A stretch of 64,000 bases of DNA from Balanoglossus misakiensis (GCA_040954595.2 CM082595.2:10408482-10472481); one strand, 5' to 3'; positions 12,100-26,200 are shown, numbered from the stretch's first letter. Numbers and translations are program-made. Notes: generated from the sequence alone by a model not told the origin.

Positions 12100-13343
12100 C
12101 GATGCTAAAATACTCAATAATGCACTGCTGACAGTGGTAAAACGGGCTTTCTGTTTGCCACATGGGTTTGTTCTTTAGGTTGTTGTATGTGTTTACACTC
12201 ATCATGTTTATTGTAGAACCAGGGTCGATCAGTGAGGCAACTGCTGTTTGTTCTGTCTGCACTGTTACTTGAGGCCTCCTGCCATTTGATTGTTGTACAG
12301 TGAAGCAGTATTCATCTCCCGAGCTGTCTTCCACTTTATGCACAGCTTTGACAGTTTCATCCTTGTCTACCCTATTTGCCTTGCCTTTTGATCGGTAGCA
12401 TTTGGCAAAATAGTTAGGTTTGCCACACTTCCTGCATGACTTGCCTTTAGCTGGACATACTGAGTCATGTGGATAGGTGCCACCACAATAATAACAAGTG
12501 GACGGTCCTTTCGCTGGCTGCTGATGAGCTCTCTTTTGTTTATTTGGTTTCGGGCGTTGGTGGCGCTGTTTTCTGACCGCATTCACAGATGCCGTATCTG
12601 CACCATATTTTTGGGTTTTCTCCTCAATCCCACTAGCCTGAACCTCTGATACCTCAAATGAACAGGCTGTACTCAGTAGATTCTCTAGTGTCGTCTCCTC
12701 CCGAAGAGCACGACGTCTGAGACGGGCTGATGTGAATCCTCGTATGATTTGTGATTTGACCTCTTGATCCTTATTGGTGAAGTCACATATGTTTCTGCTA
12801 GGCGTTGCAAACAAGTGTGATAGGCATCAATCGATTCGCCGTTGTTTTGTATGGTGTCTCTGAAGATAAATCGTTCGTATTCAATGTTCCGTTTAGGTGA
12901 GAAGTATGACGAAAGCTTTAATTTGGCTGTTTCACAGCTAGTTCCTGTATCTGGTAGAGTATCAAAGAAGTTGGAAACTTCCTCACCTGCCCAGTGCAAT
13001 AGCAGTGCACGTTGTCGCTTGTCATCTGTAATGTTGAATGCGACAAATGCGTTTTCTACTCTAGCCATGTACTTTTTCCATCTCGTACTGGTGGTTGTCG
13101 GGTCTGAATGAACAGGAAAACTCGACATTGACGGCTAGCTGATTCTCCATGTTCTCCGTCCTCGTCGCCAAATATAGAATCGTTGGTGGGCAATAATGAC
13201 AACACGAGACACCAAGTCCGGCATGTAAGAGTGAGAGTGCCTAGCCTCGTTCACGCACTTTATTCATAATGACCCGAATGTTGCATTACGTCATTTTACA
13301 GAATATATAAAGTATAGATGCTCACTAGTGTTTGGATACTACA
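12100..13343 (-). mobile_element. Truncated Gypsy-type LTR retrotransposon: 5' LTR (~13173-13343), PBS, frameshifted gag with CCHC knuckles, start of aspartic protease
   Basis: Minus strand: LTR TGTAGTATCC...GATTCTATA containing AATAAA, then PBS TGGCGACGAGGA (13159-13170). Gag reads RWKKYMARVENAF...QRALLLHWAGEEV...YFSPKRNIEYERFIFR. Zinc knuckles CYYCGGTYPHDSVCPAKGKSCRKCGKPNYFAKC. Protease-like LIDPGSTINMM. Confidence 0.9.
13159..13170 (-). promoter_or_regulatory. Primer-binding site, probably tRNA-Ser(GCU)
   Basis: TGGCGACGAGGA lies 2 nt after the LTR end and is complementary to a tRNA 3' end ...UCCUCGUCGCCA. The tRNA identity is from recall of metazoan tRNA-Ser(GCU). Confidence 0.7.
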
Positions 13344-13527
13344 ATATACATGTGACTGCAGTGTCTTTCCAATCATGAATTTGCAAGGTGTCCTTCGGAG
13401 AAAATCTTCTGATTCTCTTTTCTGATTTGCTTTGCATATTTAACTTAATGATCTCATTTGTTGGAATTCCCTGTCTCAAATTTTTGATGATCAGTCTCTG
13501 CCCCATTGCTCATCGTCCCAACTTTCT

Positions 13528-13863
13528 GATGATATATGGATGATAGATGGGATCAAATCTTTGGTCGTGTATTTGCTACAAATGGTAGGTATTGGTTCGT
13601 GATTGAGTCTTTGTGTTGTATATTTGGGGTCGCAGTGGTATGAGTTTGGATTTATGCCAATCTTTAAGTTAAGTGTTATTTGGGTTGCCGTTGAGCATTG
13701 ATGGCTTGATAAGTGGGGCTAGGGTCAATTTTGATTGGGTTTGGATTGTTTGGGCTATGATAGGTTGGGTGATGGCTAGGATTTGTGGTGGGTATATGGT
13801 GTGGTGTAAGAGATGGAGGCATTATGGGGTCTGGTGAGGTTTTTGTGAAGGAGGCCATGGTGG
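13528..13863 (-). repeat. Inverted partial monomer of the C-rich satellite at 54940-58440; copy at 28215-28550
   Basis: The reverse complement matches ~55265-55597 (acgaaccaatacctaccatttgtagcaaatacacgaccaaagatttgat). ORF tails [26 protein letters not shown] are shared. Confidence 0.9.
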
Positions 13864-15871
13864 CTGCAGAATTCAGGGCATGCTGTAGCGGTTGAATGCA
13901 TGATGATGGTAAACCACAGAGTATTGCATTGCAGTAGTCCAGTTTTGATGTGATTAGAGCATGAACCAGCATCTGGCAAACTTCCTTAGTGAGGTAACGG
14001 CGAATGTGGCTGATTTGACGCAGATGGAAGAAAATTGACTTGCAAATTGCATTAATGTGCTTATTGAAAGTGTAATTGTCGTCGAATGTCACACCTATAT
14101 TCCGTGCAGAATTCACAATTTGAACACAACATGATCCAATGCTCATGCGGTTTATGGGACGAGGCGAGCGGTTGAACTGAGACCTTATCAGGAGTACCTC
14201 GGGTTTGCCACCATTTAGTTGAAGTTTATTATGTGTCATCCAGGTTTTTATTTCGTGAACTGCCCTTTCCATCTTGTCTAATGTACTTATGGTGTCTAAC
14301 TGGAAGAAATATTGGTATAGTTGGTTGTCATCGGCATATTGGTGAAAATTGATGTTGTGGTGACAAATAAGTTGAGCAAGTGGTTGGATGTAGCTGCAGA
14401 ACAAAAGTGGGCCAAGCACTGAACCGTGTGGTACTCCATATTGTAGATATTGAGGTTCTGACATTGAGCCATACAAACTGCTGTCTGTTCTTAAGATATG
14501 ATGAGAACCATTGTAGTGCGATGTTGGTGATGCCCAGTTTTGATAACCTTGAGATGATTGTGTCGTGATCTATGGTATCAAACACAGAGGAGAGATCGAG
14601 GAGAACCATGAGTACACATTTACCGGCATCCAGTGCCATACAAATATCGTTGTTGACTTTAGTAAGTGCTGTTTCGGTACTGTGATCCTTTCGGTACGCT
14701 GACTGCAGTGGTTCTTGTAGTGAGTTGGTAGTCAAATATGATGTCAGTTGTTGTGCTACAATCTTCCCGATTACTTTTGACAGGAAGGTTAGGTTTGAAA
14801 CTGGTCTATAGTTCTTGAAAATGTTTTTGTCGAGCGAAGGTTTCTTGAGTATATTGGTGTGATGACTGCTATTTTAAGTTATTCAGGAACAGTTCCAGTT
14901 TTGAGTGACAAATTGATAATTGTGGCTATGATAGTGAGCAGATTACCAAGACATTGCTTATCAAGTGCTGTAGGGATGAGATCAAGTACACGTGTTTTAG
15001 ATGGAGACTGACGGGTTGGTTATAAGCTGATATGGCTGAGGAGAGGTCATTTGGAGGCTAGGACATTTGATGTATTTTGTCGAGATCATGGCTGAAACTA
15101 TCAATTGAAATGGCAGATACGACGATAAGATATTTGACGTCTACTGTGTGTTGGTTTCGGAAGAGCAAGTTTTGCATTGACAGGATTGTGATCAGAGAGT
15201 TCCAAGCAGTCTACAGAGACACTCTTGATGTTAGACGCAGAGTTAGATAAGATGAGATCAAGAGTATGACCCTTTCTGTGTGTTGGTTGTTGGACCCATT
15301 GTTTCAGATTACAGGCGCTGATGATTCCATTGAATTTCTGTGTTACTGGATTCTTATCATCTTCTAGGTGAATATTGAAATCTCCTACGATGAAGAGATT
15401 ACTTGAGCAGGTGACATACTTCTCAAGTGTTGTACTGAACTCTTCCATGAACTGTGGTGCGGTGAATTTATTATTAACTGATGGTGGTGGACGGTAGACA
15501 AGAATTATTTTCATGGAAAGTTTCTGGTGAAGAATAGTTGCTTCCGCTGCCTCAAAAGATTTAACAGAGAGAATAGGCTTCCAAGCTGTTTATTTTAGTG
15601 CTAGCTTATGAATTTAAGCTAAGCCTCCACCGATCTTGCCAACCCCAGGTAGATGTTTGACAGCATAGCCTGGTGGTGTACATTCAGCCATTACGTGTTC
15701 GTCACCAGATTCCTTCAACCATGTTTCAGTGAGTACAAGAATATCAATTTCTTTATCTGTGATGTAGTCTGCAATGTCTAATGATTTGCATCTAGCTGAG
15801 CAGACATTCCATGTAGAGAGTAGAAGTTCACACGTATTGTGGAAAGGGTGGATCTTGAATACTGCATAGTC
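13864..15871 (-). mobile_element. Degenerate CR1/L2-group LINE ORF2 (AP endonuclease + reverse transcriptase), truncated and internally deleted
   Basis: APE motifs TWNV, DILVLTETWL, GGGLA, VYRPP, GDFNIH, PTHRKGHTLDLIL, SDH. RT motifs [78 protein letters not shown]. Several frameshifts. Confidence 0.93.
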
Positions 15872-16355
15872 ACTCTTCAATAGATATTTAGTGACTCGCT
15901 AACTGTTGCGATTCGTGTGTGTGTAATTTACGTACTTCAAGTTAAATATCGCAACTAGCCGTAATGTTTGACTAGGGGGAGCACCTATACTAATGCGAGT
16001 ACCAGGGATTGAAAGTTGCACCTGTATTTTGATCCCTTAGTTACCCTTATAAGTACATTTGTAGTTTAATAACCATAGTTCTATTGCAAACCATTCTTTC
16101 CGTAGTTTCTTGTTTCAAATATTGTAATCTGAATTTATTTTGATGTTTAACAGGTGTGATTATCTGTATTTGCGGCCATTTTGAAAAAAAATTGGTTGCC
16201 ATGGAAACTCTTCAACAGATATTTAGTGACTCGCTATCTGAATTTGTTCAGTACACATTAACACACATCTGAGCCAAGTTTGGTGCTTTTATCACAAAAT
16301 ACACAATCGATATGAAAATTTGGGTTTTGGTGCTCCACTACCTAAGTAACATTAA

Positions 16356-16772
16356 GGATGTACGTTCAATAAAATGGAAAGTATTGTCATTTTTTTTAAT
16401 TGTGGATTTTTTTATTCTCTTTTGTATGTATAATGAAAATCCGTAATAAAATATAGGGGTCACCGCGCTTGTTTTTGAAATACAGAGCCATGGAATTGGT
16501 CGATAATAGAAGAAATCTGCTGACTCAGCATTTTTCACCAATGGTTTGTTTGTCTATGGCCAAAATTCTTAATGCAATTTATCTCAAAAAAGAGCGCGGT
16601 GACCCCTATATTTTATTTGACCAATGAATTTATATTTGCTGGACTGAGCTATGCGTAAAATTTCGTGAAAATGACAATAGTAGAAGTTTGTTTTCTGGCG
16701 ATTATCAATGTAATCCTATGGGAAAAAGACCGGACACGCAGTGTTTCCGGTTTATGTTCTGCACATACATCC
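16356..16772. mobile_element. Kolobok-like MITE with an internal ~38-bp inverted repeat; copy at 31043-31460
   Basis: ttaa|GGATGTACGT ... ACGTACATCC|ttga (TIR perfect in copy 2). Internal IR aataaaatataggggtcaccgcgct (~16445) / agcgcggtgacccctatattttatt (~16593). Confidence 0.75.
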
Positions 16773-16838
16773 TTGATGAAGTTTGCTGGCTAGAGGGCTC
16801 CTAAACCTCCTTAATATTTGACGTCTTCACTCCTACAG

Positions 16839-19416
16839 GACTGCGCAGCTGGAAGTTAAAGTTCAGCATGTTCTGAAGCATGCACGCTGTGTCCAGGGGT
16901 TTCATGTGTGGAACAGCCAGCCTCTCATCACCATCACAATGCGGACTGGGATATTTTGCCAACAATGGAAGTATAGACTGTACGCCTTGTCCTGCCCCGG
17001 GTATAAGTGCCAATATGATGGTATGTCGGAGCCAGAGGTGTGTGAAGATGGATACTACACTAATATAGATGGTGAGTCAGCACTTAAAGTTTGGGCATTA
17101 CTGTGTAATCTTTCACTTAAAGCACGTAAGCTGTAACTTTTGGGATAATTTTCATAATTTTTGTTTAAAACTGCACTACCATTAGTCCATGCAGATGAAG
17201 GCAGTGAACTATACACAAGCATTATAAACCCTAAATATGAGTGCATATGCAAGTTTTAACCAGATAAATAATAAAGCTTTGCCGCAAGCGATTATGGCCG
17301 CCACCCTGGGAAAATGCAAGAAACAATGAAAATGTTGCATTTCCGGTTGTGAAACTTCATAAACAAAACATGATCTCATCCACTTGAGCTCATGGAAGTA
17401 AATGTACACCACTGAGACATCAGATTTCCATTTTTCATTGCAATATTGCACTTTTTTTTAAATTGCAGGAATTTTCGTTTTTTCTTTAATTTTTGGCCAT
17501 TGTGTCATAAATAAGTGTTGAGCTTGATATATTATCATGAAATATCATTTAATAGACATAATTAAAAGCATATATGAGATTATTTAAAACTTTAATTTTT
17601 TTATCCAGTTGCAGCTTACGTGCCTTTAAGGCGGACGATCATCTTATGTGCATGTACGTAATTCTGTGCGTACAAACATTACGTCCAGTCCAAATATTCT
17701 GCCAATTTTACATCCAATGCATTCAAATAGTGGACTGCTTCGCTTTCATCCAGTTTTCATGTGCATCGTATAAGTAGACTTTTGTTTTGTCCCGTCTTTT
17801 CACCAAATTTGCTCTTTTCCAAATCTCCGACACAGACTATGATCGTCACGATCTTGTCTGTTGTTAGAACAGCACACTGCCGTATGGCATTGACTGTACA
17901 CAGTTTCTGTTACCAATATCTCTGGATTGGCATTTTCCTGTCCTCAATCTTTTGCCAGGGATTTTTGTCTCCCCAACCCGCGTGAGAATCCCACGTCTTT
18001 GAAGGTATGACTGTGACTATAAGATTCTATAAATCTCTGTTTATTTTCAGCACAAACATCATGTGCTGATTGCCCAGCTGGTAACCAATGTCCAAATGGT
18101 AACACTGTGATTTTATGCTCGGCTGGTTATTACAGTTCGGCCTTGGACAAAGGATGTCTCGCTGTACCTCTTGCATAACAGGTAAACTTCTACCCACCCA
18201 CCTTTATTTCCAACATCAAACATTAGGTCAGGTAATTTACTAACTGAAAAATAGGATGGGATCATTTTCTATTTCTGTATTTAAAATTTACTGATATAAT
18301 ATATGAATGAAAAAATGACAATTTTTCCAAATTTGAATAGACCTCTATTTATGAAAATAATTAAAATTTGCACCAAATTTTTACAGTGGTATTCAAAGGT
18401 TAACTTGGTGTGTAAATTCTCTGTTTGATTTACAGATCAGCTGGTGCTGAACATTGTACTATTTGTGAGCAAGGGTACGCCTGCATAGATCCCAGTGCAT
18501 CGCAATTCAAGTGTACCAAGGGTTACGTGTCATTGGCTGGTGCAACAAACTGTACCAGATGTACAAATGGTAAGATTGTGGTACTTGTTCAGTTTGCTGT
18601 GTGATGAAACTGAGGGGTATGTGTGTATGCATGTATGTGTTTACAACAGATTATCAACTCAGTGCGAGATCTTGCGAGACCCGGTTAGCCATGTGAGATC
18701 TCGCAGAGTCTTATGATATTCAGAAAATGGTTGATTAGAAATGACGTTTAATGTCCTCCAAAGAATTTTCTACATGCCTGTATACTTGTCTCAGAATTAT
18801 GAAGTGAATCATCTCAAGTAATTTGTTATTTTAAATGACACTGTATCACAAATACATCACTAAAAACCTCATTTTCTTTAATCAGATGAAATAAGTGAGG
18901 AGCCTGCACGCACATCCTGTCTTCTGTGCCCTTCTGGACAATCGTGTTCAGATCCAATGTAAGATCCGCTCGACTGTGGCAATGGTGAATATGCTATGGA
19001 AGGCGACGGCACATGCACGCCTTGTCCAGCGGGATCCAAGTGTCCAACCATGTCACCCGTAGTGGATTGTTCAACAGTTACTGGTAAGTTGGGCTGCAAA
19101 TCACTCTTGTGACTTCCCTGTGTTATAGCATGGCATACACAGAAAATTGAACTGTTATGCTTATTGGAGTTGATATTGTGATGCACTTTGAAAAACACAA
19201 TGATTCCACTGAAGAGGTATTGTACAGTAAAACCTGTGATTACGGACATCTCTCTAATAAGGGATCGTTGGACCAAACCATGGTGGAAAAAATCGTTCTT
19301 TGAATTTTTTCTGTGATAGGTTCATACTCGTTAGGTTCGGCCACGTCCTTCTGGTTATGAATGCACAACTACAAGTGTCACACAGTGCGCTACAGGGCAG
19401 TAAAGTGCTGAAGGAG
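16839..19416 (+). pseudogene. GCC2/GCC3-like Cys-repeat exons, copy 2 (first exon 16839-17071 complete)
   Basis: First exon DCAAGS*SSACSEACTLCP/GFMCGTASLSSPSQCGLGYFANNGSIDCTPCPA/GYKCQYDGMSEPEVCEDGYYTNID, with ctacag acceptor and gtgag donor. It has one stop and two frameshifts. Confidence 0.8.
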
Positions 19417-20228
19417 GTAAGTCTTGAAATCCCTTTTCTTCTTGTCTCGATTTGAACATGGTTCCACAAGTTGTTTACATCACTTGTAGTTTTACATATT
19501 TTTTGAGTTCAACAGCTAGCTATACATGGTGTCCTGAGAAGTCAACCAGTATGAGAAGTCGGTCTCGGCCAGTACGAGAAGTCGGCCTGTGGGAGAGAAC
19601 CCTGGTACTTTGTGTTATATATAACTGTTTCACTACGAAATGTTTCCTTGATGTACAGGAGCTGAGATATTTGTACAAATAGCCGATGAATTTTAAAACT
19701 GTCTGTTCACTTTTCATGTACGTCACCGGGGTACGTCAACATCAGTCACCTGCACTTCTTGAGCTGCGCCAGTAGTCTGTTCCTTGTCACGTTTGTTTGT
19801 TTGTTTGGTGTTGTCTCAGAAAGTATGAATATACACATACATCTTCTATGTATTTTAGTAGGCTTTGAAACAACTCCCTTTAATCAGAAATGTCACAGGA
19901 ATTTGGCGAACAACCTAAGCTCCTTATGCGGATACGGGGCTGGGGAACTGGTACGGATGCCAGACGCCATTATTTGAAATGACGCCATTGTGTTGTCAAG
20001 AATTTGGGAAATCCGTCCAAATGAAAATATTTAGTGCAATTATATTTTATTAAGTGTTGTTATAAGTAATCTGGGTCATTACTGCACTATTCGGGTACAA
20101 GTTCAACAACTGGCCGACTTCTCATACTGGCCGACTTCTCATGCGCGCGAACTGGCCGACTTCTAATCTGGCCGACTTCTCATGTATTCCTATACATTAG
20201 TGAAAATTGGGCAAACTGGTGTTTTCAG

Positions 20229-23200
20229 ACAACTTATGAAGTCCTTGTCTCAATGGAGGTACCTGCCAACAACAGGTAAATTCTTGTACTGCCACAATTT
20301 GCATGTGCACAGAGTGTTACTAGGGAACCAGTTGTGAGACAAGTAAGTTTGAATCTGTAGCAGTTAATAATGATAATTATCATTTTTTTATTATGATTTA
20401 AACTTCACTGATGTTGTACAAACACAAAAATAGAAAGGGATAGCAGCTTAGCTCTATTCCGTTTCGAAAGTTTTTGTTCTTTTAAACTACCTGTGCATTT
20501 TTTTTATTTATTCTGATTATGCTAATATGCTAATTTGTCGGTTTGTCACATCACAATTTTTGAAGGAAACTCACCCCTGATGATCATGGAAAATTTGACC
20601 CTTTTCCTTGCAGGACTCAACCAGTGTCAACCAAATCCGTGCCAGAATGGTGGCTTCTGTCAACCGGCTCGAAATTCCTGCTTTGATCTCACCTGCATAT
20701 GTACTGGTTGCTACAAAGGTGATAGGTGTGAGATATGTAAGTATACAGCGCAGTCTCATTCAAATACTGCATGTTTCCTGAGCATAGGTGTAGCCATCAC
20801 CACAGCAGAGCTTGGAGAGTTCTTGACATCGAATGCAAGATTACACTCTTTCCAATCAAAATCACTTTCGTGGCGCATAATGTCTTGATTGTCTTGGTTC
20901 AAGAAACATTATGCGCGACTGGCCAATTTTACTGCCTTTTGTCAACACACATCCACTATGGAAATTCTCACTCCAGGCCAGATAGTGTAAATTTACATAT
21001 GAGTCTACAGGTGTGCTTGAAGTCAAGTCAAGCATTTGCAAGGAACCCTCCTCCAGTACACAGGTCTTTGATTTCATGAAGGGAAGCCCTTGCCTCACAG
21101 TCACTGCCATGTGATCTATGGAGGTGTGAACAACTTGATACCAGCCTAATATAAGTTGTAGGCACAATCACTCCACACACCCTTGCCATAATTCTGCAAG
21201 GTTTTTGCCATATCTGTACTGTAGAATGAGTAGCAAGGAATAAAATGGCGTCCTTTCTTAATTTCCAGTGCAAAACCCCTGTGATCCCAACCCATGTATG
21301 AATGGTGGATTTTGCCAGCAAACATCGTGCAATTTCTATTCATGCCAGTGTGTGAACTCTTACACAGGTGACATCTGTCAAACCATAGACCCTAGAGAAA
21401 GAAGGGCGAGCAACTGCGGCAAAGATCAAAGGGTTTGGGGATTATCTGTATGATGATGTTTTTTTGTATATAATTAACACCCAGGACAGTCGGACAATGA
21501 CTTCCTTACTTCGGCACGTGTCGACCCCACCAGTGATGCGAAAACTTGCCACCAAACTGGCACTACTGCATTTCAGCAGCCACTGCGTTTTTTTCTAAAA
21601 TTCTAAAAGTATTACGATGTCTGTGCTAATTATTATGGTTTGGTGTTCGTCTGTCGGTTGAACGGTCATTTCTAGTGCCACAAGCTTCATTTAAAAATTG
21701 TAAACAAATCATCCATGTTTTTTGCATGTCCGACTGGGCACTCATATTTCTTAGTAACGCTGACACTTTTCGTAATAATTTTATGTTTGCGTGAAGCATT
21801 GAAATAAAAATTGTGGTTTAGGGGCATTTTATTTCGCAGTGCGTGAACAATAAAACAGATTTCACGAAAACAATTTGTAAACAAACTGGGTGGATTATCA
21901 TGTGTGCGCTATGGCCGCCAGGCAACCCTCGGTACGGTTAGCTCACAGCCTTGTGAAATACCCGGACTGTTAGACAAAAGATGCTTGTTTTGGACGCTGT
22001 CAGACTCAGATTCAAATTCCTGTTTAACTTGTCCAGATGTGTTCCATAAATAATCGCTGCGTTCAACCACGTTGCAGTTTTCTCGTCTTCTGTGAGATGT
22101 TCTGAGGTGTTGTGATAACTTCACACAAAACACGAGACTTTGCGTTAGTTTATACACAGTTTATTTGCAAATTGGATTATTGGGATTTATCTGGAAATAA
22201 TGTATGCAAAAGAACATCATTTCAAGAAAAAACTGGAGTTGCGCGTCCTTCTTTCTCTAGGGTCCATGGTCAAACAAGTGAGTATATACTTTCAAGACAC
22301 CCTGCAAACAAACAAGCCATCTTCATTCCGTAGATCTTTTAAGCTTATTTATACATTGTAAATTTTGATGTGAAACTTTATTGGTCTTGTTGCCAAACTT
22401 CTGAAGAAATGAGGATATTGTTTTGAAGGGTATTTTATCAGTAGGTAACAAATACCATGGCCCTCCATGCAAATACCCACATGGTAAATTAAAACTGTTA
22501 CAGATGTATTTGATTTCCACATATTGATTACATGTGGGATAATATTGGGTGCTGGCAGTTTCAGTAAATGAACTGCTCTTAAAAGTTGGGCGTCAGGGCA
22601 CCCTTGATTTTGCCTGTTCCAAGTTAGAATAGTCTGTCCATATGAATATTTGTTCAGCAAGTTACAAGCAATCTTTTAAGTTTGGAATGAAAAAATAGTG
22701 AAATGACTTGTGATGTTAATATGCAATTGTTGGTTGATTTACATGCAACCCCCAGGACTCGATCAATGTTCTCCCAATCCGTGCATGAACAACGGTATCT
22801 GTGAGCCAATCAGTGGATCGTGCAGTGCGTTTACCTGTCGCTGTCAAGGCTGTATCATTGGAATCACCTGTGACCAAGGTAAATTTATCAGACGAGGAGC
22901 TGTTTTTCCCCCCTCATACCGGTATATTTGTCATAGCTGGCAGCTATGAAATTACCTGTATATTTAGGATGTGACAAACCAAATAGGCACTTTCAGGAAT
23001 TGAGTCTTTTTTGCAATTACTAAGTCCTAAACTCCCAAAAGTATAATAAGTAATTCTTATTGTTCAGTTATACATTAAGGAGGCTTAGTTATAGGAGAAC
23101 CCGATAGAACCACAGCTGTCAGAATGGTGGAAACTGTGTGCTGACGCCCAATTGGTGTACTGAATTCACATGCTCCTGTACAAGCTGTTACTCCGGCGAT

Positions 23201-26200
23201 TTATGTCAGACATGTGAGTGATTTTAAATTTCAGACGAAGAGGAACATAATAACATAACACATAATCGGCTTGCAGTTGGTTTCTTCCAACCTGTATCAT
23301 ACAGTGAATAACGACACAATTTTGGGGAAATTTATTAAGAATGTGTGTGCCATAAAAGGGGATTGTGTATTTGACCAAACAACAACCTGCACCGTATGGT
23401 ACACTAAGACACTATTACACCTGTGTCAAAATTTCATTACGTTTCTTTTGTTGAACATGGAAGAAATTTGTCACAGTGATGTTCTGTTGACCAACTGAGA
23501 TTTTTACCACTCAACCCTGACTGCACAAATCTGTTTAAAGTATATGTAGTAAATATTAACTGTACACAATTTATATCACTTTCTCTTCTGTGCACAGATT
23601 TGAATCCGTGTCAGCCCAACCCTTGTCTAAACAGTGGATTCTGCCAGCAAGTGTCCTGCACCGAGTTCAGATGCCAGAGTTCGCGCTGTTTCATCGGAAC
23701 CACGTGCGCTGAACGTAAGCAAACCAGTGTCAGATTTGCCGCACAAAGTAGAAATCGCTGGGCTTTGTCATTGATATTGTCTCAATAAAGTTGCCTGTGA
23801 TTGTGCAGCTAACCAAGAGACTTATATGCACTACCGTAGCCATGATGTATACTTTCATTGACTCAAATGCTCATCAGAGTAGATGTTGCTATTTTTCCAA
23901 CCGTAAATTGAAACATCAGAAAGTTATGACATCAACTACCCCCACCCCCACCCCACCCCACCCCCAACTAGTAAATATTATAAGATGCTGTAATTATGAT
24001 AAAGATGGTAGCACCAAGCTTGGATCAAGTGGTCTTCATTATCCTTCACACATGAACATGATCACACGGATGTGCAATCTTCTGACAGTCTGCTACAGAT
24101 TTCACTTCCCACTCAAGTGTGTAAGACCCTAATGTTGTGATACTTTTCATTTCTCTCACCCTTAGCGATCAACCAGTGTCTTCTAAACCCATGTCTGAAT
24201 AACAGAGTGTATCAGCCACTTCAAGGCTCCTGCTCAATCTACACCTGCAACTGTCCAACCTGCTACACTGGGCAAACATGTGTTACATGTAAGTCAAAAG
24301 TTTTTAGGTCCCATTGGTATGTACCATGGGACCTTATGGGATTGGTTACGTCTGTATGTATGGATGGATGGATGGATGGATGTATGTCTGTATGTCCGTC
24401 CACATCGAAAACTTGAAAACCGCAGCGCGTATGACCTCGATATTTGGCGTGTAGATGCAGGCAGGGCTGTAGATGGGAGTTTGTTCAAATGAAGATGTCA
24501 TTGCCAAAAATATGCAAATTAGCTGGGAAAATGTGAAATTGGTCAAAACTCAAAAACTGGACAACCACTGGTCATATTGATTTGAAAATTGGTATGCATG
24601 TACCTTATATCAACCTCATACAATCCTGTATGTTTTGAGCTAATATTATCGATTTCCTATTTTTTTTGCATTTTTTTGTATTTTTCCATGTTATTGGTAA
24701 AATGTCTTTGAAATTTAGTATGAAGCCTCCTAATGTTGTCTAAGTAACCATAGTTTTGTTCAAATTGTTGCAAAATTTGCATATCTATAATTTTGAGCAA
24801 TATTTGCCATTTTTGGTCAAAAAATGTTTTTCTTTAAAACCTCATGCCAGATTGCTTTCCAATTTGGTAGGCATGTTCGTAGGGGTAACCTAAATAATAT
24901 GTTGTAAAAAAAAAAGATATTTGCATAAATGTGTTATCGGGGAAACTTTTGCAATTTTTGTCAAAAATTGTTTTCTCTGAAACCGCTTGTCCTATTGCAT
25001 TGAACTTAGGCAGCATGTTCCTTGTAGTGATTGAAGTAAGATATTGTACAATTTTGGTGATATTTGCATATTTGTGTTTTTGCCACTTTTGAACAAATAT
25101 TTTCTGTGAAACTGCTTGTTGGATTGCTTTGAAATTAGTTTTTTCTCTGATTGCTTTGAAATTTAGGATATAATTTCATAACACATACCTGTATATGTGC
25201 AACTTTTATTCAGTTCTGAGATCAGAAAGATTAAATATTTAGCGAGTTTTTTTGGTAAGTTTCTTAGTTTTTGGTTAGCAAATCTTCTCCTAAACAAATT
25301 GTCCAGTTGTTTTTAAAGTTACTATTTACAAGGAGTTGTTACCTCGAACAAAGACATGTTTACATAACTTAAATAGGCCAGCTGTTACAGAGACCACCAG
25401 CTATCAAATTTTAATTACCAGTGGCAGGTCAGTGTGTGTCTGTTCCAGGGCTGACTGAAAGAAGTTGCTTCGCATATGTGTTTGTACAGACAATTTTTGG
25501 TCATTTTTTTTCTAGCACCACTTGTAAGACTGCCATGACACATGACAGTTTATTGGGCATGTTCCTTGTTAATGTTTTTACATTCCATATTTCTATATGG
25601 TCAGATCATATCTGCTTGCAAATGTCACCTGTAATTTTTATTCTGGTGTGTCACTGTTTCCGCATAATCCTCAAATGTCATCAGATCTCCGAATGTGATG
25701 AAAACAGTGTGTTTTGAGTGTTTTTTAAATGACCTTTTGGGTTAAAAGTGGCAAAAATGGCAATTTTGTCTTGAAAGGGGTCAATAAGACTGACTTTTTT
25801 GGAATCAGCACCATTTTTACATTGAATGGACTAGTCTGCTCAAACTTTCCTTACCAACAATTCTGTTTAATCTTCTGTAACATGTATACTAGTATACATG
25901 TAGCTGCCTGATAGTTTGCCCTGCGTGTGTAATTGCTGAGTGACATAACGCATTCTGTGATTGGTGCAGTCACGTAACCACCAATAAGATCGCTTGTTAT
26001 AAGGAGAACTGCACGACCTTTAACCGCATTAGCATACCTGATTTTTAGGGCTCGATATTACCTCTGAGGACGCAATATTTAAGTTGAAGTTTTTTTTCTT
26101 TTATCATATTAGAGCAAGAAGACTTGTTTTTATGTAAAAGAAATAAACCTTAATATACAGAGTGCATTTTGAAACGATAGGCAGGTCCGGCCCATAGCCT

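Larger units (their letters stand above)
1..16985. repeat. Segmental duplication copy 1 (starts before the window; period 16985 bp)
   Basis: Position 1 (cttgtcctgccccgggtataagtgcc) recurs at 16986 and 31674. The ORF track repeats at near-constant offsets (590->17574->32262; 12050->26737). Confidence 0.97.
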
